A DNA stretch of 64,000 bases from Spirochaetota bacterium. Lineage in GTDB: Bacteria; Spirochaetota; UBA4802; UBA5550. Of the stretch, positions 49,519-59,619 are shown in pieces; within the stretch, counting starts at the first letter, position 1, and each line of letters begins with the position of its first letter. The stretch covers positions 1 through 64,000 of the forward strand of contig JBNKTL010000025.1 of NCBI GenBank assembly GCA_050298055.1. Reading direction: 5' to 3'. The notes below the pieces were generated by a model, which worked only from the letters and a program-made list of their open reading frames with translations, was not told where the DNA came from and did not search any database. Position numbers and translations under genes: made by a program.

Positions 49519-50628
49519 TTGGAGAATCTATCTGTCAGCATTGAGCCCTTTCGGCTTTTCATATTGATGATAACCCTTCATGGTTTTCTCCTTTCGGCCC
49601 TTATGGCAACAGGCCAGCTTCTCATTAACAGAAGATCACCTGTCAATATTCTCTACTTCGGACTTTTTATCAATTTTTCACTTTTTGAAATTGATATTCT
49701 TTTTTTTGAAACGGGGCTGATCAATAAATACCGTTTGTTTTATCAGCCCTCAATTCCCGGGTTATATTTACTCGGTCCTCTCCTCTACCTGCTTGCTCAA
49801 ACTTCCTTTCATAAGGGATTCGGGCTGCGGAAAGATCATCTTGTTCATTTTATTCCCCTGATTGTCTCCCTGGGGGTAATGATTATCGGGACCAATCTCT
49901 TCCCTCCCCAAAAGACCGTCTTTTTACCCGGATACTTTTATAACTCCCTTACCATGGCTGCCGGGATGGGCGGGTCCCTTACTCTTTTTATCTACCTGGT
50001 CCTGATCTGGCGCATGATTATTTCAAGCGCTTTGTGGAACAGAGAGCTTTTAAAAAAAGAACCCGTCTCACGTATAACTTTTTTCCTTTTTCTCATGGTC
50101 TCCCTGTCATGGATCACCGATTTTCTTTCGGTTATTTATAACGATCTCTGTTATATCGAAATATCAATGACATTGCTGACTTTTATCATTATCTTTTTAT
50201 TCCTGGTGAATTTCATCTATCCCGATTTTTACCGGAGACTGCACAGGGTCGTTGAAGAGGAAAAGGAGAGAAGATCTTACCTTGCGGGCCTTGACCTGGA
50301 TTCCCTGGGTCAAAGATTGAGTACCGCAATGACCGGGGATGAACTCTTCACCCGTGAGGATATCACTCTTAATACCCTGGCAGAGATCCTGGGTATTACA
50401 CCTCACCAGCTTTCGGAATTTATCAACAACAGGTTTCAGAAGAACTTTACAACATATATAAATGAATTCCGGATCAATAAGGCAAAAGACCTCCTCCGGA
50501 AGGATCACAGGGCGGCCATCCTTGCGGTTGCCTATGAAGTGGGATTTAAATCAAAATCCCGGTTTAACGCGGTGTTTTTAAAACACACGGGAGAGACCCC
50601 CTCACGGTTCAGGAAGAGGAAAGGATAA
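49519..50628 (+). CDS. Multi-TM AraC-family regulator
   Basis: About 7 TM N-terminus; HQLSEFIN..NFTTYINEFRI..AYEVGFKSKSRFNAVFLKHTGETPSRFR. Confidence 0.92.
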   Translation: MENLSVSIEPFRLFILMITLHGFLLSALMATGQLLINRRSPVNILYFGLFINFSLFEIDILFFETGLINKYRLFYQPSIPGLYLLGPLLYLLAQTSFHKGFGLRKDHLVHFIPLIVSLGVMIIGTNLFPPQKTVFLPGYFYNSLTMAAGMGGSLTLFIYLVLIWRMIISSALWNRELLKKEPVSRITFFLFLMVSLSWITDFLSVIYNDLCYIEISMTLLTFIIIFLFLVNFIYPDFYRRLHRVVEEEKERRSYLAGLDLDSLGQRLSTAMTGDELFTREDITLNTLAEILGITPHQLSEFINNRFQKNFTTYINEFRINKAKDLLRKDHRAAILAVAYEVGFKSKSRFNAVFLKHTGETPSRFRKRKG

Positions 50629-50971
50629 TTATTCTCTCCGGCGAGCCTCACACACATTCATTTTTCCGAAATGTATCAAGCCCTCTCTGCCTTCCCGGCA
50701 ATACTTTGCGGGAAAACTTTATGATCCAAAAAAAATTGTCCCATGTTATAACAGGGGTCGATCTTGTTTTCGGTTTCGTGTAATTTATCGGTACTGGTTT
50801 TTTAAAGATCAGCAAAAGAGGCAAGAAAGTTCCGGGTTTCAAGTTCCAAGTTAATGACAATCCCGGAACCCGAAACGTGTAACTTTTAACTAAAAATGCC
50901 TTTATGACAGGTCAAAAATTTTTGGTACAATAATTTATTATTAAAATATAATGTAAAAAAGGAGGTTTCAG

Positions 50972-51265
50972 ATGGAACTGAAAATCAAATACTTCGGAAT
51001 GACCTGCAGTGTTTTCTGGGGGCTGGCCGTCTTTACCACCACCTGGTGGCTCATTGCCAGGGGGCTCTATCTCAATGAGATGACATTCCTGGGAGCAATT
51101 TATCCCTACTACTCCGTATCACCCCTGGGAAGTCTCATCGGTCTTGTTTACGGTTTAGCCGACGGCTTTTTTGCGGGAGTGATCTTCGCCTGGTTTTACA
51201 ATCTCCTGGTAAAAAAGGGAAAGAACAGATCAGAGGAAAAAGGAGAGAACCATGAACAGCGTTAA
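50972..51265 (+). CDS. Small two-TM membrane protein
   Basis: GGAGG RBS; WGLAVF..YPYYSVSPLGSLIGLVYGLADGF..AWFYN. Confidence 0.8.
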   Translation: MELKIKYFGMTCSVFWGLAVFTTTWWLIARGLYLNEMTFLGAIYPYYSVSPLGSLIGLVYGLADGFFAGVIFAWFYNLLVKKGKNRSEEKGENHEQR

Positions 51266-51815
51266 ATCACCCTGCAGCTGCGGCAGCTGCGCAATTACCG
51301 AAAAAGCAGGCAGTAAATACGGCTATCCCTATAGAATGAGCCTTGAGCTGAAAGAGAGCGGACTGCATTACGGGTTTATTATCATTCTCATTATTCTGGG
51401 AACAGTATTAACAGGTCTTTCCGCCGGCCCGTTGTGGCTCCCGGCTGTTCCTCTTCTTTCCTTTCTCATCACATATATCCTGAATTCATTTACCTTCTGC
51501 GCCACCTGTACCTATCACCACAGCGGGGTCAGGTTCTGCGGCTGTTTTCCCAAATCTGTTTTTTCTTACAAAAGGGAAAAGTCGTGGAGTAAGCTTGACA
51601 ATATCATCGGGTGGCCGCTGATCATGGGTCTTTTAACCGGACCGGTTATCTTTATCCTGAGTCTTTACGGCAATAATACTTACCTGGTAATCTACCTGCT
51701 CTATGTTATTTCAGGGGTCCTTCTGCAGGCTGTTGTCACCTGTAAAAACTGCAGGCAGAGAGGTGTCTGTTTTCTGGGGATTGCGAGCATGTATTTCAGG
51801 GGAGGGGGACATTAG
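51252..51815 (+). CDS. Four-TM protein with Cys clusters
   Basis: CSCGSC, CATCTYH..CGC, CKNC..C flanking TM pairs; overlaps the previous gene. Confidence 0.75.
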   Translation: MNSVKSPCSCGSCAITEKAGSKYGYPYRMSLELKESGLHYGFIIILIILGTVLTGLSAGPLWLPAVPLLSFLITYILNSFTFCATCTYHHSGVRFCGCFPKSVFSYKREKSWSKLDNIIGWPLIMGLLTGPVIFILSLYGNNTYLVIYLLYVISGVLLQAVVTCKNCRQRGVCFLGIASMYFRGGGH

Positions 51816-51871
51816 ACCGGTTTTTGTAACCGGTGAATGTAATGAAAAACAGTTTCCTGAAAAGCCGGTCC

Positions 51872-52825
51872 TCAAATTCCTTTCAGGAGATTAACTATTT
51901 CCTTATCTGAATTGGACTTTGCAATTTCAAGAGCCGTAAGGTTATTGTTGTCGGTCATTTCTGCATTTGCGCCATATTCCAGCAGTATTTTAACAAGTTC
52001 GGTTCTTTTCCTTACAACAGCGTTGTGCAGTGCTGATCGACCGCGATAGTCAATACTGTTTATGTCAACACCTGCCTTGAGTAACATTTCCACCAGGGAA
52101 ATTAATGCTGTCTCGTGGGCGGTTTTTGACAAACAGGCAAAATGGAGAGATGTCATGTCTAATTCAGACTTGTGGTGAATATCCGCTTTTGAATCCAGTA
52201 ATAATTTTACGAGATCATTCCATCCTCCACCGGCTGCATACATAAGGGGAGAAATTCCCTGGTTTCCCTTTGCGTTAACATTGGCCCCTGCTTTTATCAA
52301 TTGCTTAACAACATCTTTTAAACCAAACTTCGATGCCTTATGGAGAGGTGTGTCGCCATGTTCATCAGGAATATCCGGATTTGCCCCGTTTTCCAGGAGT
52401 ACCGGTATGATTCTCAGTGAGTCAGGTGAATCTTCGGCCCTGCTTGTAACCAGAAACAGCGCAGTTTCATTTTCACTGTTTACATGATCAACATCGGCCC
52501 CGGCATGGATGAGCAATGTACAACTGGCAATATTTCCATAAAGGGCCGCGTATAAGAGGGGGGTGAAGCCATCCTGATCACTTGAATTTACCGGTGACCC
52601 TTTTTCTATCAGAAGTTTTACAATATCCTGGCTTTCTTCATTGCAGCATGCGGCAATGAGTGGATTGGAGCCGTCATCCCCGGTTACGTTAACATCTGTA
52701 TTGAGTGCCAGTAATGCCCGCACACCCGGGAGATCTCCCTGATCACAACACATCAACAGTGCTTCTTCCCGTTCTTTAACAGAGTAATTTTCTCTGTAAT
52801 TGTTTATGGTTTCTTCAGGATTCAT
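51872..52825 (-). CDS. Cytoplasmic ankyrin-repeat protein
   Basis: About eight ankyrin repeats (GFTPLLYAA, GDTPLHKAS, GRSALHNAV). Confidence 0.93.
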   Translation of the reverse strand: MNPEETINNYRENYSVKEREEALLMCCDQGDLPGVRALLALNTDVNVTGDDGSNPLIAACCNEESQDIVKLLIEKGSPVNSSDQDGFTPLLYAALYGNIASCTLLIHAGADVDHVNSENETALFLVTSRAEDSPDSLRIIPVLLENGANPDIPDEHGDTPLHKASKFGLKDVVKQLIKAGANVNAKGNQGISPLMYAAGGGWNDLVKLLLDSKADIHHKSELDMTSLHFACLSKTAHETALISLVEMLLKAGVDINSIDYRGRSALHNAVVRKRTELVKILLEYGANAEMTDNNNLTALEIAKSNSDKEIVNLLKGI

Positions 52826-53095
52826 ACGTTGATGTTTTTATCTTTTTCCCGAGTTCTGAAGCAAGGACATATAGCTGAACAGTTGCCGGGTATTTTATTA
52901 ATATGTAAATCTCATGACTTCCTGTCAATAAAAATAACTGTGGCTTGTCCGGTTATCCGTAGGTTTCGGGATTTCTGAAGAGAGGGACTTCTGGTGTGAG
53001 AAAATTATTTACACTGACTCATATAAAATTTACAATGACCCATTGATCTTATCAGGAAACAGTAACAGAAAAACAAATCTACAATTCAGGATGGC

Positions 53096-56077
53096 ATGAT
53101 GAAAATATACCTGGTTTTTAAAGATGAAAAATCCTCAAAATTCTGGCAGATCGAAGTTAAGGGGAAAAAACACACGGTTACCTTTGGTAAAACCGGGACA
53201 AAAGGACAATCGAAGGATAAAGAATTTAACTCGAAAAAGGAAGCCGAAGAAGATGCGGAAAAACTGATCACACAAAAATTAAAAAAGGGGTATGAGAAAA
53301 TATCCGCTCCCGGAAAGACCGGTGTTGTATCTGAAAAGAAAACGAAAAAAGCCACTGTAAAAAAAACGGCTGCAAAGATCAAAGCTGACGGAGGTAAAGG
53401 GGAGAAGAAAGCAGCCAAAAAGACGGTCAAAAAGACTGTGAAAAAGGTTGTTAAAAAAGCTGTGAAAAAAGCAGCTCTAAAGAGTGTGAAAAAGACGGTA
53501 AAAAAAACAGTGAAAAGGAAAACGGCATCCGGTGAAGATAAAAAATCTCTTAAAATATATGATCATATCTTAAATGCCGGGGACCTGAAACAGGCCCTTG
53601 TTGAACATTTCTCTTTTCTCGCGGATAATAAGGGATTTGAACCGGTGCTTGAAGCAGTGATGGCCCGGGCCCATGAGGTAAATCTTGAGGGAGTAACTCT
53701 GCAGGTTGAATTCCCCGGGAGAAAGACCCTTGTCTGCTCGCCCCCGGCAGACCCCGGTGATTATGCGGCCTGGCCCAAATCATTTCAGAATATCGTAAAG
53801 CATCATGAGACACTTGCCTATCCCGAAACCGGCTGGAGCCTGAACCTGGGGGATGTGGGCAATTTTGAAGTTGAGTTTCTGGAGGACGCGGATTCGGAGC
53901 TTCTGGAATATGTCGATGACCCGTCGGATATCCTCTGCCCCATTACCGATTACTCCGACTGGTGGCTTTACCATCCCTCTGAGGTGAACCCTGCGGGGGA
54001 ACCGGCTCTCTGTTTTTTCAGCCATGAAGGGGGGGATATTGAAGATCCCGTCAACTACAACGCGGGCTCTTACTTTCTCATGCGGATAGCCGGAGACCTG
54101 GGGTGTGAAACGGTGATACCGGAGATAAAAGGGAGCGTTCCGGATGCCGATGAGCTTCTCGCGTGGTATGGTGGACTGGAACCGGCATGGCAGGAGGTCA
54201 TACGGAGAGAAACGGACTCGGAAGATCCCGGCGTGCATATCCTCCACAGGCTTCTCAAAACCAGGGAGATCCATGTCGGAGATTCTGAAATCGATTCCCT
54301 CAAGCCCCTGGAAAAATTTACCCGGCTTGAGGAGCTTACCGCTTTTAATAGTCCCGTAACTTCACTTGAGGGGACCTCCCATTTAAAAGGACTCAAAAAG
54401 CTTAAGCTGGACAATACAAAGATTACGGATTTCACTCTTCTCGAAAATTTTCCCCGGCTGCAAAAGCTCTCCCTGGATAAATGCGCCTTGAGTTCCGTCA
54501 CGGATCTGCCGCTGCTGCCCGTTCTCAGGGAGCTGGAAATAAATAATACGGGTATACGGGACCTCGGCGGGGTGGAAAGGTTCAAAAAGCTGGAGGCGTT
54601 GGAGTTTGATAATACCGGGGTTTCAAGCATGGAACCCCTGAGATCTCTGAAGGGGATCAATCATGTAAGCTTCTCCCATACATCCGTCAGCGACCTCTCC
54701 CCTCTTTACGGGAAAAAGGAGATGCATGCCCTAGTGTGCCAGAACGCCCCTGTTCCGTTAGTAGAGCTTTTAAATTTTAATGCCTCAATTGTTGAGGGTG
54801 AGAATGATGAGTTGATTCCCTTCTTCGGGTTGGTCCTTTTTGCGGATGCCACGGAAGATGACAAAATCCTCAGAGAGGGAATTACCGGTCTGCCCCGGCT
54901 TAACGGGGAACAATGCGATATCCTGGGAAAGCTGGTAAACGAGAGGCTCGTATCCCGGTTGAAAAAAGAGGAATATGAGGAGGCGATAGATCTTTTAGAG
55001 GCCTTCCTGGATCTGCCGGCCATTGAGCTCTCTGAGAATATCCGGGCTGAGCTCGGGGGAAACTCCATGATTCTTGTCATTAACTTCACGGGGAAAGACC
55101 TCGCCGAAAAGGTTTTTTCGCGGCTGGTCCCGGAAGAGGTAAAAGAAAAGCGCCTTGCCTATAACCTGGCATGCTGGTACGCGGGGGAAAAGGAGAAGGA
55201 GCAAATGCTCAGGTTTACAAAGACCGCGCTGGAACTGGGGTTCGAAACAGAGCGGTTCGGTGAGAAGGATTTTGACAATTTCAGGGAGGACCCTGATTTT
55301 ATTGAACTCATATCAAAACCGCAAGTCCCCGATCCCAGGGTAGATCCGGAGAAATGGTTCAGCCTGTTGAACGAGGAAACCCGGGAGTGCCTTATCTGGA
55401 AAGCCGGGAACGGTAATGAACCGGATTTTAAAAAGATCCTGGATCTTGAAGAGCTTCACGGCCTTCGGGATGTCACGTCCCTGGAGCCCTTTCGGTACCT
55501 GACAAAGCTTAAAAAACTGAGTGTCGAATACAGTTCTTATTCCAGTATCGAACCGCTGAAGGACCTGGTGAACCTTGAAGAACTGAAACTGACGGGGGAA
55601 CATTATACGGACAATAAAAAAATCGTCAATATAGAACCCCTTGCGAACCTGACGAAGCTGCGGGAGCTGGTTGTTACCAATCAGAAAGTCGATGATATCG
55701 GCCCGTTGAAAAATCTGAAAAATCTCAGGACCCTGGATCTCACTGCCAACAATATAACTGACATTACCCCCCTGGGGGGACTTGTGAAGCTGGAGGATTT
55801 GAGTCTCCGCGGAAACAGGATCGGGGATCTTCATCTTATCGCAGACCTGAAGGAGTTAACCCGGCTGGATGTTATTCTCCCCGGGAATTCCGATTTTGAA
55901 TTTATCCGGGGGTTGAAAAAACTGACAAATCTCTGGGCGGGAGACGCTGTCACCTCACTGGAGCCCTTTGAGGACCTTCCGGATTTGACCTATCTCTGTC
56001 TTTCAGGGAGGAAAATTGATCCCGGGGAGGCTGAGGACTTTCAGAAGCGGCATCCCCATTGTGATTTGGAGATATAG
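53096..56077 (+). CDS. WGR - Lys-rich linker - SUKH/SMI1-like - LRR - TPR - LRR mosaic protein
   Basis: KSSKFWQIE..FGKTGTKGQ..KLKKGY (WGR); KKTVKK repeats; internalin-type LRRs; YNLACWYA..DFDNFREDPDF TPR cap. Confidence 0.85.
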   Translation: MMKIYLVFKDEKSSKFWQIEVKGKKHTVTFGKTGTKGQSKDKEFNSKKEAEEDAEKLITQKLKKGYEKISAPGKTGVVSEKKTKKATVKKTAAKIKADGGKGEKKAAKKTVKKTVKKVVKKAVKKAALKSVKKTVKKTVKRKTASGEDKKSLKIYDHILNAGDLKQALVEHFSFLADNKGFEPVLEAVMARAHEVNLEGVTLQVEFPGRKTLVCSPPADPGDYAAWPKSFQNIVKHHETLAYPETGWSLNLGDVGNFEVEFLEDADSELLEYVDDPSDILCPITDYSDWWLYHPSEVNPAGEPALCFFSHEGGDIEDPVNYNAGSYFLMRIAGDLGCETVIPEIKGSVPDADELLAWYGGLEPAWQEVIRRETDSEDPGVHILHRLLKTREIHVGDSEIDSLKPLEKFTRLEELTAFNSPVTSLEGTSHLKGLKKLKLDNTKITDFTLLENFPRLQKLSLDKCALSSVTDLPLLPVLRELEINNTGIRDLGGVERFKKLEALEFDNTGVSSMEPLRSLKGINHVSFSHTSVSDLSPLYGKKEMHALVCQNAPVPLVELLNFNASIVEGENDELIPFFGLVLFADATEDDKILREGITGLPRLNGEQCDILGKLVNERLVSRLKKEEYEEAIDLLEAFLDLPAIELSENIRAELGGNSMILVINFTGKDLAEKVFSRLVPEEVKEKRLAYNLACWYAGEKEKEQMLRFTKTALELGFETERFGEKDFDNFREDPDFIELISKPQVPDPRVDPEKWFSLLNEETRECLIWKAGNGNEPDFKKILDLEELHGLRDVTSLEPFRYLTKLKKLSVEYSSYSSIEPLKDLVNLEELKLTGEHYTDNKKIVNIEPLANLTKLRELVVTNQKVDDIGPLKNLKNLRTLDLTANNITDITPLGGLVKLEDLSLRGNRIGDLHLIADLKELTRLDVILPGNSDFEFIRGLKKLTNLWAGDAVTSLEPFEDLPDLTYLCLSGRKIDPGEAEDFQKRHPHCDLEI

Positions 56078-56146
56078 CGTCGGTTACCTTTAGATTGCGG
56101 GGAAAAATCAAAAAATTTCACTCTTTCCGGAATATGAGGAAAGGGT

Positions 56147-56359
56147 ATGAGACAGGATTTATCAGGATTGGATTTGCTGGCAGTAAAAATACAAACATCT
56201 TCGTCAGTTGTTCTCCCATCCGAAAATAACAAAGCGGTGGATTTTTTGTTGAATAGTGGTTTTTCTGAAATAAGAAAAGCAAGGCGTATGATTTTTGGAA
56301 AAGGATTCAAATGGGAACCTCAATCTATCTACAGCAGAATTGGCGGGTATCTGGGATAA
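56147..56359 (+). pseudogene. C-terminal fragment of a GNAT acetyltransferase
   Basis: ENNKAVDFLLNSGFSE..RM..G..IYSRIGGYLG resembles the end of two-domain GNATs; no room for the N-terminus after the WGR gene. Confidence 0.55.
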
Positions 56360-56433
56360 ATAACTGCTCTTTAAGCGAATTACTGCGAGATCTGAAAATA
56401 ATAATCAGGAAAGATGCCGCCTGCACAACTTCC

Positions 56434-57291
56434 TTACTCCTGACCGGTTTTTTGTAATTCCTGTATCTGGTACTGTTTCGGGGTCAGGCCGAACCTGTTG
56501 GTGAACAGCTTGATAAAATGTGAGATGCTGTCGTACCCGAGATCAAAGGAGGTCTCTGTTACCGAATGATGTTTCAGTATTTCTTTTGCTTTGTTGAGTT
56601 TGATACAGGTAAAATAAGCATTAGGAGACATCCCGGTTATTTTCTTAAATTTCATTGAAAAGAGGGCGGGAGACATATAAAGGGAGGAAGCGATCTCCCT
56701 GATGTTGAGGTTTTCCCGGTAATTGTTCTTCATGATCCGAATCGCTTTTGAGACCGGGTTTCCGGGGTTTTGATGAAGAAAGCCTTTCGCCCCGGCGGAA
56801 CTCAGGATCTTAAAAACCATCTCCTGGCCGTATAGGTCGACCAGGAACTCCTTTCCGGAGTTGTTTGAAAGGGCGGTCCAGGAAATTTTGTCCAGGTCTG
56901 TCCTGATGAGCTCCGTGTTTTCCCTGAAAACAAATTCAACTTTTTTATCTATGGGGATATTGTTAATTTCAAGATCATCACAGACCTTGTTGCTGATGGT
57001 CTCGATCAGCTTATCGCTCACTTCAAAAACAAGGCAGTTAGTGGGAACGGACATTTCCATTGAAACCCGGGATTCCGGGGGGAGGATAATAAACTGGTCT
57101 TTGTCATAGGTAAAACCTTCCCTCCGGTCAATTTCCACGGTTTTTTCGCCGCGGAGTACCGTACAGATCCTGTAATACTCGTATGAATAATACCAGTCCT
57201 TGTAGTAGTGAGGAAAGTCATAGTAGAGAACTCTCATGTGCTCGGTCTCAAGACCTTCCGCAAATTCAATTTTTCTATCGAAGCAGTCCAT
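56434..57291 (-). CDS. AraC-family transcriptional regulator
   Basis: Cupin-like N-terminus; IASSLYMS..FKKITGMSP..LGYDSISHFIKLF..FGLTPKQY; divergent from the AOR gene. Confidence 0.92.
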   Translation of the reverse strand: MDCFDRKIEFAEGLETEHMRVLYYDFPHYYKDWYYSYEYYRICTVLRGEKTVEIDRREGFTYDKDQFIILPPESRVSMEMSVPTNCLVFEVSDKLIETISNKVCDDLEINNIPIDKKVEFVFRENTELIRTDLDKISWTALSNNSGKEFLVDLYGQEMVFKILSSAGAKGFLHQNPGNPVSKAIRIMKNNYRENLNIREIASSLYMSPALFSMKFKKITGMSPNAYFTCIKLNKAKEILKHHSVTETSFDLGYDSISHFIKLFTNRFGLTPKQYQIQELQKTGQE

Positions 57292-57551
57292 GTGGATAAT
57301 CAGGATTTGCGGTCACCATGACCGGTGACAAAAAAATCAATTATTTAATATTGTGTTACTTTTTTTAATTATGAATTAGATTAACTTTTCTTCTTTTTTT
57401 ATTATTGGAGAGAGTAACTGGATTTAATCAATGAAAAAAATTAATTTTATCAATAATTCTTTTAAAAAAAATTACTCAAAGCCCGGCTATGTTAGTATTT
57501 GTAAAAATTTGTAATTTTTCAGACATATAATTTTATTTTAAGGAGGATACT

Positions 57552-59294
57552 ATGGATAAAATATTGAGAGTTAATATGGGAGCGAAAGACGGCCCGGAGA
57601 TAAAGACGGAAAATCCCGGTCCCTATGCCGGACTGGGAGGACGGGCCATGACCACATCCGTCATTTCGGCCGAAGTTCCTCCGCTCTGCCATCCCCTTGG
57701 TGCGGAAAACAAGCTGGTTATTGCGCCGGGACTTTTGAGCGGGACTTCCGCGTCAATGTCCGGACGCCTTTCGGTGGGATGCAAAAGCCCCCTTACGGGA
57801 GGCATCAAGGAAGCGAACTCCGGGGGACAGGGGGCGCATACTCTTGCCCGTCTCGGTTACGCGGCCATTGTTCTTGAAGGTGTTCCCCGGGGGGATGATC
57901 TCTATAAAATGTTCATCAATAAAGACGGGGTAAAAATCGAAAAGGACAACAGCCTGAAACTGCTGACAAACTATGACCTTGTGGACAAAATGAAAAAAGA
58001 ATACGGGGATAAAATAACCTGCATCTCAATAGGCCCCGCCGGAGAGATGAAGCTGGGGGCCGCATCTATTGCCGTCACGGACCTGGAACTTCGTCCCACG
58101 CGCCATGCCGGCCGCGGAGGCGTTGGAGCGGTCATGGGGGCAAAAAGGCTCAAAGTTATCGTCATGGACGACAGCGGGGCAAAGAACAGGGAACCGAAGG
58201 ACCTGGAGAAATTCAGGGAGGCGAATAAAAAATGGGTGGAAGGCCTTAACAATCACGCGGTCACCGGCCAGGCATTGCCCGCTTACGGTACAAATGTCCT
58301 TACGAACATCATAAACGAAGCCGGGGGATATCCCACCTGCAATTTCAGTGAAGGACAGTTCGAGGGGGCCGCGAAAATAAGCGGTGAAACATTTGCCGAA
58401 ATGGAAGAGAGCCGCGGAGGAAAAGGAAGCGCCACGCACCCGTGCCACCGGGGTTGTGTGATCAAATGTTCAGGGACATATTATGACAATAAAGGGAACT
58501 TCGTTTCCAAGCAGCCTGAGTATGAAACCGTCTGGGCCCACGGCGGGAACTGCGGGATAGATGATCCCGATGCCATCGCGCAGCTGGATTTCCTTGACGA
58601 TACATACGGTATTGATACCATTGAAATGGGAGCGACCATAGGCGTGGCAATGCAGGCCGGTATCGCCGAATTTGGTGACGCGGAAGCTGCCATCGACCTT
58701 GTCAGGGAGGTCGGCAAGGGGACTCCCCTGGGCAAAATACTGGGAAGCGGGGCGGCGGTGACCGGAAAAGTTTTCGGTGTGGAGAAAGTCCCGGTTGTGA
58801 AAGGCCAGGCGCTTCCGGCATATGATCCGCGTTCAATTCAGGGTATCGGGGTAACTTACGCAACCAGTACCATGGGGGCGGACCATACGGCGGGATACGC
58901 TATCGCAACCAACATATTAAAGAGCGGAGGTTTTGTTGATCCTTTAAAAACAGAAGGGCAGACCGATCTTTCGCGCAACCTGCAGATAGCAACTGCGGCT
59001 ATTGATTCCACAGGGATGTGTCTTTTTATCGCTTTTGCTATTCTTGATCAGCCCGAGACTTTCCAGGCTCTGCTGGATTTACTGAACTCCTGTTACGGGT
59101 TATCGCTTACAGGGGATGATGTAACTGAGCTTGGGAAAAAGGTCCTTAAAATGGAAAGGGACTTTAACAAAGAAGCCGGATTTACCAGGGAACATGACAG
59201 GCTTCCGCGGTTCTTTTCCCGGGAGCCCCTGAAGCCTCATAATTTAACTTTTATGGTTGAAGATTCGGAGCTTGATTCTGTATACAACTGGTAA
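57552..59294 (+). CDS. aor: Aldehyde:ferredoxin oxidoreductase (tungsten family)
   Basis: ILRVNM, KSPLTGGIKEANSGG, AGRGGVGAVMG.K.LK, CHRGCVIKC, EYET, GIDTI, YDPR, GADH. Confidence 0.93.
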   Translation: MDKILRVNMGAKDGPEIKTENPGPYAGLGGRAMTTSVISAEVPPLCHPLGAENKLVIAPGLLSGTSASMSGRLSVGCKSPLTGGIKEANSGGQGAHTLARLGYAAIVLEGVPRGDDLYKMFINKDGVKIEKDNSLKLLTNYDLVDKMKKEYGDKITCISIGPAGEMKLGAASIAVTDLELRPTRHAGRGGVGAVMGAKRLKVIVMDDSGAKNREPKDLEKFREANKKWVEGLNNHAVTGQALPAYGTNVLTNIINEAGGYPTCNFSEGQFEGAAKISGETFAEMEESRGGKGSATHPCHRGCVIKCSGTYYDNKGNFVSKQPEYETVWAHGGNCGIDDPDAIAQLDFLDDTYGIDTIEMGATIGVAMQAGIAEFGDAEAAIDLVREVGKGTPLGKILGSGAAVTGKVFGVEKVPVVKGQALPAYDPRSIQGIGVTYATSTMGADHTAGYAIATNILKSGGFVDPLKTEGQTDLSRNLQIATAAIDSTGMCLFIAFAILDQPETFQALLDLLNSCYGLSLTGDDVTELGKKVLKMERDFNKEAGFTREHDRLPRFFSREPLKPHNLTFMVEDSELDSVYNW

Positions 59295-59365
59295 TTTATT
59301 CCGGATGCTGTGCCCGTGAAAAGGGATAGTCGATTCATGGGCACAGTCATTAATGAGATATTTTT

Positions 59366-59590
59366 ATGACGGTTACAGTAAAACTTTTTGCCACTTTAAG
59401 GGACGGGCGGTTTGACAGCAGATCCATGGAATTTCCCCGGAATACCACGGTGCTTGAAGTAATCAATAAACTCAAAATAGATGAAAAGGACGCGGCTATT
59501 GTTTTTATTAATAGTCAACATGTAGAATTTCACAGGGTTTTACAGGAAGGCGATATACTTGGAATATTTCCCCCGGTGGGAGGCGGTTAA
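59366..59590 (+). CDS. MoaD/ThiS-family sulfur carrier
   Basis: VKLFATLR..FPPVGGG C-terminal GG; follows aor. Confidence 0.92.
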   Translation: MTVTVKLFATLRDGRFDSRSMEFPRNTTVLEVINKLKIDEKDAAIVFINSQHVEFHRVLQEGDILGIFPPVGGG

Positions 59591-59619
59591 ACCGGGTGTA
59601 CTTTTCTTATCCATAGCTC

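Noticed and set aside
50972..51265. Holin or prophage interpretation of the small two-TM protein
   Set aside because: No endolysin or any phage gene nearby
53400..53520. AAAAAGAC-rich periodic DNA as a non-coding tandem repeat
   Set aside because: Explained by the KKTVKK coding linker of the WGR protein
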